Positions 11,771-20,600 of a stretch of 64,000 nucleotides of DNA are shown here, in pieces. The stretch is taken from the NCBI GenBank assembly GCA_021776615.1, contig JAJFFO010000023.1, positions 1 through 64,000 of the forward strand, read 5' to 3'. How positions within the stretch are numbered: position 1 is the first letter of the stretch; each line of letters opens with the position of its first letter. The notes below the pieces were generated by a model, which saw only the letters and a program-made list of their open reading frames with translations, was not told the origin of the DNA and ran no database searches. Source of the stretch: Robiginitomaculum sp. GTDB taxonomy: Bacteria; Pseudomonadota; Alphaproteobacteria; Caulobacterales; Maricaulaceae. The position numbers and the translations under genes were made by a program.

Positions 11771-11867
11771 TGTCATCCCGGAAAGGCGATGGCCTTATCC
11801 GGGATCCATAGAGTATCGCCGCAGTTCGCTATAGGCCCCGGATAGCCTATGGCTTCCGGGGTGACAC
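11771..11867. repeat. copy A of an 80-100-bp nested-palindrome repeat element (REP/MITE-like), in the convergent intergenic region between the pentapeptide gene and smpB
   Basis: Reverse complement matches 28101-28179 block by block (gtgtcaccccgga.gcc, ctatccggggcctat, tggatcccggat, tccgggatgaca); internal hairpins built on the ATCCCGG motif. Confidence 0.7.
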
Positions 11868-11965
11868 TCTGAGGATAGCAAGTATATAACTCTGGTGTAG
11901 TTTTTAGAGGGGTAATCGCCTCTGCACTGGCCAAAAATAATGATGCGAACTTACAATCCACTAAC

Positions 11966-12445
11966 CTAGCCGCGATCGCGCATTAACCGGCCTTGATCAC
12001 GTTTCCAATCCCGGTCTTTGCTGGTTTCGCGCTTATCATGCAGCTTTTTGCCCGTAGCCACGGCGATTTCCAGTTTCACCTTGCCTTGGTCGTTAAAGTA
12101 CAGCTTTAGCGGCGTAATGGTGCGGCCCTGACGGTTAATGGCGACCAATAATCTGTCAATTTCACGCCGATGCATAAGCAGTTTTCGCGGCCGTGTGGGG
12201 TCGTGATTGCCGCGGTTTGCCGCTTCATAAATTGGGAAATTAGCATTGACTAATTCCAGCTCATTGTTGGCGACCGCGACATAGGCTTCGGCAATATTGG
12301 CCTTTCCCTGACGCAGCGCCTTGACCTCCGTGCCGGTCAGGATCAGGCCGGCCTCGAACACATCATCAAGGTGGTAGTCAAAACGCGCGCGCCGATTATC
12401 GGCAATGATATTGCGTTTTGGCTCTTTCTTGGCGTCGCTCATCAC
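11966..12445 (-). CDS. smpB: SsrA-binding protein
   Basis: 159 aa with conserved SmpB core ([30 protein letters not shown]). Confidence 0.92.
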   Translation of the reverse strand: MMSDAKKEPKRNIIADNRRARFDYHLDDVFEAGLILTGTEVKALRQGKANIAEAYVAVANNELELVNANFPIYEAANRGNHDPTRPRKLLMHRREIDRLLVAINRQGRTITPLKLYFNDQGKVKLEIAVATGKKLHDKRETSKDRDWKRDQGRLMRDRG

Positions 12446-13329
12446 ACACGCTCCGTGCCAAGGGCTGTGAGCGCGTCGTCAACGGCTTTTTGGGCCGCTG
12501 CATTGGCCTCCACCAAAGGCAGGCGTAATTCAGTGGACATTTTGCCCATTGTCGCCAAGGCGTATTTAGTCGGGGCCGGGCTTGCGTCCCTAAACAGGGC
12601 CCGGTGCAAAGGCTGCAAAGCATCATTAATCACTCGCGCTTTGGCATAATCGCCGCTTCGCATGGCTTCTTGCATTTGCGCACACAGGCGCGGTGCCACA
12701 TTAGCGGTTACCGAGATACAGCCAGTGCCACCATGAGCGGCAAAGCCAAGCGCCGAGAAATCGTCACCGGAAAGCAGCACAAAGTCAGGGTCGCACGCCG
12801 CCTTTTGATCGGCCACACGGCCAATATCGCCGGTGGCGTCCTTGACCCCGATGACCATTTCCAAATTGGCGAGGCGGGCCATGGTTTCCACGCTGATGTC
12901 GACAATGGTACGCCCGGGCACATTATAGACGACGATAGGGATGCCGATTTGCGCAATGGCCGCATAATGAGCGTAAAGCCCTTCTTGCGAAGGCTTGTTA
13001 TAATAAGGTGCGGCGACCAAAATCGCATCTGCACCCAGGGCTTTGGCCTCTTCGGCCATGGTGCAGGCATGCTTGGTCACGTTCGAGCCGGCCCCGGCAA
13101 TAACCGGGGCTTTACCCTGGGCTTCTTCAAGGCAAATCTCGATAAGGCGCACGCGCTCAGGCCCGGTCAGCGCCGGGGCTTCGCCTGTGGTGCCGCATGG
13201 CACCAGACCGTGGGTGCCTTCACTCAATTGCCATTGGACAAAGGCGCGAAAGCTTGCCTCATCGAGCGCGCCATTGGAGAAAGGGCTTGCCAGGGCGGTA
13301 AGGGAGCCGTGTAACATCAAATTGCTCAT
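12442..13329 (-). CDS. dapA: 4-hydroxy-tetrahydrodipicolinate synthase
   Basis: DapA/NAL fold motifs ([20 protein letters not shown], active-site Lys region); start may be the internal Met (MLHGS) 12 nt downstream. Confidence 0.88.
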   Translation of the reverse strand: MSNLMLHGSLTALASPFSNGALDEASFRAFVQWQLSEGTHGLVPCGTTGEAPALTGPERVRLIEICLEEAQGKAPVIAGAGSNVTKHACTMAEEAKALGADAILVAAPYYNKPSQEGLYAHYAAIAQIGIPIVVYNVPGRTIVDISVETMARLANLEMVIGVKDATGDIGRVADQKAACDPDFVLLSGDDFSALGFAAHGGTGCISVTANVAPRLCAQMQEAMRSGDYAKARVINDALQPLHRALFRDASPAPTKYALATMGKMSTELRLPLVEANAAAQKAVDDALTALGTERV

Positions 13330-13414
13330 CTTTTGAACAGTGGTTTTATGACCTGTTGATTATTTTGCGCTAACATGGGGCTAAATTCGCATCAAGTCGA
13401 GCAGAGCGTATAGT

Positions 13415-15436
13415 ATGAACAAGCTTCTTCGTATAGGAACAATGCTTCTTGCCGTGGCATTTGGGCAGTTATATGGCCCCGCTATGGCGAATGAGGCAAT
13501 ACCCTCTGCGAAAGCGCCAATTGCGGCCGCAAACCCGGATTTGAACGCCGACGAATATACATTTTTTCGTAAAGCCATGCGCGCCGCCAGTGATGACAAG
13601 TGGGATATGGTGCGCGGTTATGTGGCCGGCATCCACAATTCTGCCGCCCGCGATTTGTTATTATGGCGTCTTGCGATTGAAGATGAAGACGCCGGTTTTT
13701 TCGAACTCCGGGACGCGGTGGAGGCCTATCAGGAATGGCCACGACACACGAAAATTCGCCTAGAAGCTGAGGAAAAGATTGCCGAATCTGGCATGAACCC
13801 GGCCTTTATAATTGAGTATTTCGATGCCTGGCCGGCTTTATCAGGCGATGGCAAACTGGCCTTCGCCCACGCGCTAAAAGCAAATGGGTTTGAGCCGGAA
13901 GCGGCGGCGCAAATTCGCTCGGCATGGCGCAATAACCCGCTGAATGCCGCTCAGGAGCGCGAAATTATCGCCCGGTTTGGCGATTTGCTGCAGGCGGACG
14001 ACCATATGGCGCGGGCTGATGCTATGATTTGGAGCCGGCAGCGCGCGGCATCGTCGCGTATGATTGGGCGCCTCAGCGGCGTTGATAAAATTCTCGTCAA
14101 TGCGCGGGTGCGGTTAATGCGCAATCAAGCAGGCATTGATGCGGCGGTGCGCAAAGTGCCCAAAGCCCATGCAGGGGATGGTGGGCTGGTGTTTGAACGC
14201 GCCTATTGGCGGCGTCGCCATGGGCTGTCTGATGAAGCGATTGAACTGGCTTTGCAATTTCCATCCGGGTCAATGAACGAAAAAGCGGCAAACCGCATGT
14301 GGACCGAGCGGCATTTGCTGGCCCGGCGGGCGCTTAAAGATGGTGATTTTCAAACCGCTTATACGCTGGCGGCGTTTCACGGCTTTACCAAAGGCGGTAA
14401 TTTTGCCGCCGGCGAGTTTTTGGCCGGATGGTTGGCCTTGCAAAAACTTGGCGACCCGATTTTGGCATTGTCGCATTTCACCCGCTTAAAAGACGGTGTT
14501 TCACGGCCGGTATCGCTGGCCCGTGCTTATTATTGGATGGGCCGGGCGCAGGAAAACTTAAGCGAGAATGAGGCGGCGCAAATGTCGTGGCAAAAGGCCG
14601 CGCGCCATGATTTTACCTTTTATGGACAATTGGCCATTCAAAAGCTTGGTGGTTTGAGCATGGATTTGGGACGGGACCCGGTGCCAAGCGTTGAGCAGCG
14701 CGCCGTGTTTGAGGCTAATCGGCAAATTCAGGCGTTAAAACTGGTTGGGCATACCAGCAATAAGCGGCTGTTTCGAACCCTGTCTTATCATTTGGATGAT
14801 TTGCTGCCTAATGCGGTAGACCATGTGATGCTGGCCGATTTGGCCCGCGATATGGGCCATCAGCGGGCCTCGGTGCGCGCGGCTAAGGCGGCATTGTGGC
14901 GCGGTGAAATTTTGCCCGATAGCGCTTGGCCGGTGATTGATTTACCGCCAAACCTTGGCGTGGAATCGGCGTTTTTGCTGGCATTAATGCGTCAGGAAAC
15001 CGAATTGGACCCGCAGGCCATTAGCCCTGTTGGTGCGCAGGGGCTTATGCAGCTTATGCCCAAGACGGCGCGGCAGACGGCGCGGGCTTTGGGCGAGCGC
15101 TACCGCAAAACCTGGCTGACCGCCGACCCGCAATATAATATTCGTCTGGGCGTCGGGCATATGGAAATGCTGATCGACGACTATAATGGCTCTTATGTGC
15201 TGGCGATTGCTGCCTATAATGCCGGCAAAACCCGCGCCAATCGCTGGATTAAGGATTATGGCGATCCACGCGGCGAGGTCGACCCGATTGATTGGGTGGA
15301 AAGTATTCCATTTTCCGAAACCCGCAATTATGTGATGCGGGTGTTGGAGAATGTTCAGGTTTATCGCCACCGTCTGGCGCAAGGCCCGGTGCCGATTACC
15401 ATCGTCAATGATTTGAACCGGGGGTCGGGGAGCTAA
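13415..15436 (+). CDS. soluble lytic murein transglycosylase (Slt70-like) with signal peptide
   Basis: Signal peptide, superhelical N-terminal region and C-terminal SLT domain (ESAFLLALMRQETELDP, GAQGLMQLMP, AAYNAG). Confidence 0.85.
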   Translation: MNKLLRIGTMLLAVAFGQLYGPAMANEAIPSAKAPIAAANPDLNADEYTFFRKAMRAASDDKWDMVRGYVAGIHNSAARDLLLWRLAIEDEDAGFFELRDAVEAYQEWPRHTKIRLEAEEKIAESGMNPAFIIEYFDAWPALSGDGKLAFAHALKANGFEPEAAAQIRSAWRNNPLNAAQEREIIARFGDLLQADDHMARADAMIWSRQRAASSRMIGRLSGVDKILVNARVRLMRNQAGIDAAVRKVPKAHAGDGGLVFERAYWRRRHGLSDEAIELALQFPSGSMNEKAANRMWTERHLLARRALKDGDFQTAYTLAAFHGFTKGGNFAAGEFLAGWLALQKLGDPILALSHFTRLKDGVSRPVSLARAYYWMGRAQENLSENEAAQMSWQKAARHDFTFYGQLAIQKLGGLSMDLGRDPVPSVEQRAVFEANRQIQALKLVGHTSNKRLFRTLSYHLDDLLPNAVDHVMLADLARDMGHQRASVRAAKAALWRGEILPDSAWPVIDLPPNLGVESAFLLALMRQETELDPQAISPVGAQGLMQLMPKTARQTARALGERYRKTWLTADPQYNIRLGVGHMEMLIDDYNGSYVLAIAAYNAGKTRANRWIKDYGDPRGEVDPIDWVESIPFSETRNYVMRVLENVQVYRHRLAQGPVPITIVNDLNRGSGS

Positions 15437-15466
15437 TCCGCGCTCATATAGCGCCCTAAAACCCCG

Positions 15467-17650
15467 TTAAAAGTTTCCGCCGCGTACCCGAAATTCAATC
15501 TGATCCAGTTTTTGGCGGTTTTCGTCGAGCAAGATGAGTTGGTGTTGCCCGGGCAGGGGAAACCACAGGCTGTTATTGTCTACATTTTGCCCGTCCAGTT
15601 CCAACACCATGCCGGGGCCGAGATTTTGCGCGGCAATGGCGATGCGTTGGCGTTCAAAGGGAATGTCCGGGTCGAGGGCGATGATGGCGCCGGAGGCGGG
15701 ACGCAGCAGGCGCGCCCGGCGCGTTCCCGGTGGCACTGCCCGAATATGGGCAATTTCAGTGCCGCGCAAAAACACTTCGCGGCGCGCGGTGTCTTCATCG
15801 CCAAATTGTATATTGGCCTGCACCACGCCCTTTGGCATTGGCGGCGGCGCGGCGGAAACCTGTGTCCGGTTTTGCGGCAAGGCGCTGATGATTTCGTGCC
15901 ATAACGGCGCGGCGCCGCTAACGCCGCTAACGCCGTGCATGGAATCGCCTTCAAAATTGCCGACCCAAACGCCGACCGTATAATCGGCGCTATAGCCAAT
16001 GGTCCAATTGTCGCGCATGGCTTTGGAGGTGCCGGTTTTTACCGCGCTCCAAAATGAGGTGTTGAGATTGTTGGAAAGCCCAAAGGTCAACAACCGGGCC
16101 GAGCGGTCACTGAGCATTGAAGAGACGATGAAAGCGGTATCTTCGCCGAAGATCTGGCGCGCCGGGGCAATTGGCGCATCGGCGCGCAGGCGCAGGGCGC
16201 TAAAACGGCCGCCATTGGCAAAAGTGCGATAGGCATTAACCTGTTGCGCCAGACTAACTTCGGCCGAGCCAAGCGCCAAAGAGAAGCCATAATAATCGCC
16301 ATCGCGGACAATGCCCTTATAGCCCAAATCAAAAAGCCGCTCGCGAAACGGTTCAATTCCGGTCAGGAGCAAGGTGCGCACTGCCGGAATGTTCAGCGAA
16401 TTGCCAAGCGCCACCCGGGCGCTGACCAGCCCTTTATATCCATGGTCATAATTTTGCGGCACATAAAGCCCGCCCGCCGTTTCAAGGTTAATCGGCGCAT
16501 CATTGAGCAAGGAGGCGGCGGTCAAATAGCGCCGTTCTATGGCCAGCCCGTAAAGATGCGGCTTCAGGGTAGACCCGGCTTGGCGCTGCGCCCGCACGCC
16601 GTCGACAAAGGGCGAGCGCGAGGTGCTCTCATTTGAGCCTACCCATGCCAGTATATTGCCGCTGGCGTTTTCCACCACCAGCACCGCGCCGTCGCGGACA
16701 TTGCGATGGGCCAATTGTGCCAATTGTCTGGCCAGCGCGTCTTTGGCAAAGCGCTGGATTTGCCCATCCAGTGTGGTGCGCAGATTGCCGCTGTCTTCGC
16801 CCAATAAACGCGCTGCCAGATGCGGGGCCAGTTGGGGAAAGAGCGCGGCAGTTTGCGGCGGTATTTCGGCCCTCGCTACTATAGTCTCCAGTGCCTTTAG
16901 CGGCCCGTCGCAGGTGCTGGCCGGGCTTTGCAGGGAAACCAGCGCACACAAGCGCGCTTGCAGGCGTTCCCGCCCGGCATTGGGGGCTGGCAGCAGTGCG
17001 GCGAGGGCCAAGCTTTCTTCTGCGGTCAGCCCATTGGGAGCTTTGCCTAACAACACATTAGCGGCGGCGGTTACGCCCTCAATCTCGCCGCGAAAGCTCA
17101 GTAAATTAAGATAAGTTTCGAGGATTTGTGCCTTGTTCCATTGGTGCTCGACCGCATTGGCCAAGCGCGCCTGACGCACTTTGTCGCGCCAGGAATGGCG
17201 GGCAAATTTGTGCCCGCTGCGGGCCTTGATCAGGCTGGCCACTTGCATGGTGATGGTGCTGGCCCCGCGCAACGGTTTGCCGCGAGCATTGCTCCACGCG
17301 GCGCCGGCGATGCCATGCCAATCCACGCCCTTATGGCGATAAAACCTCTTGTCTTCGGCGGCAATGATGGCGTTTTGCAAGGCTGGGGATATGGCGTCCA
17401 GCGTGGTCCATCCGGCCCGGCGCATGGAAAAATCGGTACGGCGCACATGCACAATCTCTCCATGGCGGTCCAGCAAGGCCGATTGCGACGGTTGCCAGCT
17501 TTGCCGTATTTGCGCGTAGTCCGGTGCGGGGCCAGGAGCAGTCCATAGCGCCGCCCAAAGGACCAGAACAAGCAAGGCCCCCAACGGCAAAGCCGACCAT
17601 AAAATCCGCCGGTTAATCCTCATGAGCTCATTGGGCCTGCGCGCCAACAC
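15467..17650 (-). CDS. pbpC: penicillin-binding protein 1C (glycosyltransferase plus transpeptidase-like domain plus PbpC C-terminal domain)
   Basis: GT51 motifs (AIIAAEDKRFYRHKGVDW, RGASTITMQ), transpeptidase-like SxxK region, translationally coupled to the upstream alpha-2-macroglobulin gene. Confidence 0.85.
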   Translation of the reverse strand: MLARRPNELMRINRRILWSALPLGALLVLVLWAALWTAPGPAPDYAQIRQSWQPSQSALLDRHGEIVHVRRTDFSMRRAGWTTLDAISPALQNAIIAAEDKRFYRHKGVDWHGIAGAAWSNARGKPLRGASTITMQVASLIKARSGHKFARHSWRDKVRQARLANAVEHQWNKAQILETYLNLLSFRGEIEGVTAAANVLLGKAPNGLTAEESLALAALLPAPNAGRERLQARLCALVSLQSPASTCDGPLKALETIVARAEIPPQTAALFPQLAPHLAARLLGEDSGNLRTTLDGQIQRFAKDALARQLAQLAHRNVRDGAVLVVENASGNILAWVGSNESTSRSPFVDGVRAQRQAGSTLKPHLYGLAIERRYLTAASLLNDAPINLETAGGLYVPQNYDHGYKGLVSARVALGNSLNIPAVRTLLLTGIEPFRERLFDLGYKGIVRDGDYYGFSLALGSAEVSLAQQVNAYRTFANGGRFSALRLRADAPIAPARQIFGEDTAFIVSSMLSDRSARLLTFGLSNNLNTSFWSAVKTGTSKAMRDNWTIGYSADYTVGVWVGNFEGDSMHGVSGVSGAAPLWHEIISALPQNRTQVSAAPPPMPKGVVQANIQFGDEDTARREVFLRGTEIAHIRAVPPGTRRARLLRPASGAIIALDPDIPFERQRIAIAAQNLGPGMVLELDGQNVDNNSLWFPLPGQHQLILLDENRQKLDQIEFRVRGGNF

Positions 17651-20600
17651 TTAGGGGTGCAATCGGTACCTCGCCAAACATTTCCGGCGCATACATGGCT
17701 TCGACCCGCGTTGGCGGTAAGTTGAAATCGCCCTTGGTGTTTAGCCGCAAAGTATATTCCAAAGTGAATTTGCCTTTGGGGACATAGCGGTAAAACGCCT
17801 GATAGGAGGCAAAGCGGCGTTCTTCATATACCGGCCAAGCGCGCCCGGTATTGCTTTCGCCATTGGTTAGCAGATCTGAATCGCCGCCAAGACCACCACC
17901 GAGAATTTGCGCACCCGCCGGGATCGGGTCGTCTACCGCCACCCATGTCATGTCGGATTGTGCGTCAACTTCCAGCTTTACCCGCAACACATCGCCAATA
18001 CTCCACGTACCGGGTTTTGCCTGACTGATGGCTTCGACGCTGCGGGTAATGGCATAGCCGGTGGAAAGCGGTTCGCGCAGGGGAATGGCGGCTTTGGCGG
18101 TAATGAACGCCCATGGTGCGCCCGCGCCCTGATGCGAGACGCTTAAATTTTGCTGGCCATCGCCCCATGCGAGGGTTGGGAAATCCAACGCGGTGTCCTG
18201 TCCCCATTGCAAGGATTGGGTTTTTTGGCCCATTTGCGTGGTGCTTTGGCCGCCAACCTTGTCTTTTTCAAACGCCGCCGAGAATTGCCGCATGGCTAAA
18301 GTGCCCCACGCATTGCCGGTGGTGGTGCGCCAATGGGCATTGGTCTGGCGACTAAGAAGCCCGCGCGCCATACGCGCCATGTCGGCGCGCCACAACGGCG
18401 CATCTTTTAAGCTAATCAAGGCGCGGGCGGCATTGGTGTCCGCAGAAATCATCAACCACCATAAATCGTCCTGACGTTCGGTGGAGAAACCCATATGGGT
18501 GCCTTGAAAATTAAGCCGTGAGCGCAAGATTTGTTTGGCATTGGCAATGCCGCTTTGGCGCAGCGGGATGCCGCTGACCCGGCGCAAAATATTCATCCAG
18601 TCCAGCACCGCCGAGGTCGGCAGTAAATTGGGATCAAAAGACAGGCTGGTCAGCATTTGCTCATCGGCCATGTCATAGCGCGACAAAGCGGCAATGGCGG
18701 CTAATTTACGCAAGGTCAGGTCGGCAGTGTCCAGCGGCGAACCACGGCGAATGCGTCCCTGTACAAAAGCGGTAAGGCCATCGAGCATTTGGTCGCGCTG
18801 GCTTTGCGGAATTTCCAAACCGGCTTCGTCGGTAATCGACAACACATAGGCGGTCAAAGTATCGCTGCCGGAGAGGAAATCAGACGGCCAGTATTTCACC
18901 AGCCCGTCACTATCCATAAAGCTGGGCAAAGCCAACGCCGTCTGCCGCCACAGTTCTTCATCTTCCAAGGCTACGGCCCTCGATGTGCGTTGTTCGAAAC
19001 AACGGTAGGGGTAGCGCGCCATATAGTCTTTAACGCCTTGCAAGCCGTCGCCGAGGCTGGCTTGCAGACGCACATCCACGCCGCCGCGCCCGGGTATGGC
19101 GTCGCTTGGCCGGGCGGTGGCCATGGCCAATGGCGCGGTGATTTGCCTAATGGTCGATTGGAATACGCGCACCGGAATGGAGGGTTCAACCCTTTGGCTG
19201 ACCTGCAGGGAATCTGTGGCCCCATTTGCGTCGTCGCTTTTCTCCTGTACCCCGATTTGCCAATCAAGACTGGCCACATCATAGGGCACTAATACGTCCC
19301 AATTTACCGTGCGCGCTTCCCCGGCAGGAATGGTGATCTCGCGTTCATTTAACGGCCCCAGCCCGGCAACCGTGCCGCCGACCAAGACGGTCATTTCACG
19401 TTTGGCAGCGTTTCTCACGGTAAAGGCGGCATCGAAACGGTCATTCTCGCGTACCACTTTGGGCAGGCCAGCGAGGAGCTGCAAATCCTGCGTAGTGGTT
19501 ATGGTGCTCATGCCGGTGCCAAACAGGTCCAACCCGCTTTGGGCTATGGCCACCACGCGAAAGGCGCTAAGGGAATCATTGAGAGCGAATTTGACCTGCG
19601 CTTGGCCATTTTCATCCAGTTTAACGCGGCCTTTCCACAACAAGCCGGTGTCGAACAATTGGCGCGCATCCTGTCGACCGCCGCCGCCGCCATGGGCGAC
19701 CGCTTTGCGGCCAAAATGGCGTTTGCCGACCACTTGCATTTGCGCGGTCGAGGTCAGCACGTCGAGGCCTCGCTCGTCCATCATCGCCTTGAGCAAATCC
19801 CACGAGGTGTTGGGGGCCAATTGCAATAAGGCCTCATCAACCACGGCAATGGCAATTTCCGCATTTTTCGGCAAAGCTTCACCATTGGCGCGGGCGATTT
19901 TTATGTCGGCGGTTGCCTGTTCGCGAATGCGATAGATGGATTTGTCCAACGCCACATCAACATCGAGGCGGTGTTGCGCCCAGCCCACGCGCATATTGGC
20001 AATGCCCAAGCGGTATGCCGGTTTGGCAAGGTCAATCAATGCGGTTTCCTTGCCACCATCACGCGACAACCATGATAAATCATGTTTGCGGGCAAAGTCG
20101 GAAAGCCAGCTTTGCCACGTGGCAACCCGGCCGCGCACCGCCATCACCGAGACATAGACATTGGGCGCATAGCCGCCTTTGACCGGGACTTTGATGATCG
20201 GGGTTTTGCCGCTAATTTTGGTGACAAAACTGTCGATTATGCCTTCGCGTTCAATGACAACCAAAGCGGTGGCGCTGCGAAACGGGCTGCGAACCTGCAC
20301 TTTGGCAATGTCGCCGCCATCATATTCGGTGTTTTCGATCAGCAAATCCATGCGGTCGCCGTCTTGCGCGGAAAACCACCAATCATCCTTGCCAGCCACC
20401 CAAATACTGGTGGTGGCATTGGCTTCGCGGCCCTCATCATCAACGAGGCTGGCCTGCAAGATGAGTTCACCGGATTGGCCGGGGGCCAGGGTGCAGGTGA
20501 ATTTACCGTCGCTTCTGGCCTTGCCCGAACAACCAATATCCAAGGCTTCAATGCGGGTTGAGGACTCGTAGGAATAAAATCCGCCAATTAACCGTTTGCG

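Noticed and set aside
11708-11965. Possible tmRNA (ssrA) next to smpB
   Set aside because: No tRNA-like T-arm (GGTTCGAATCC/GTTCAAATCC or complement) and no plausible tag ORF ending in AA before a stop. The structured sequence here is the palindromic repeat element, also found at 28.1 kb
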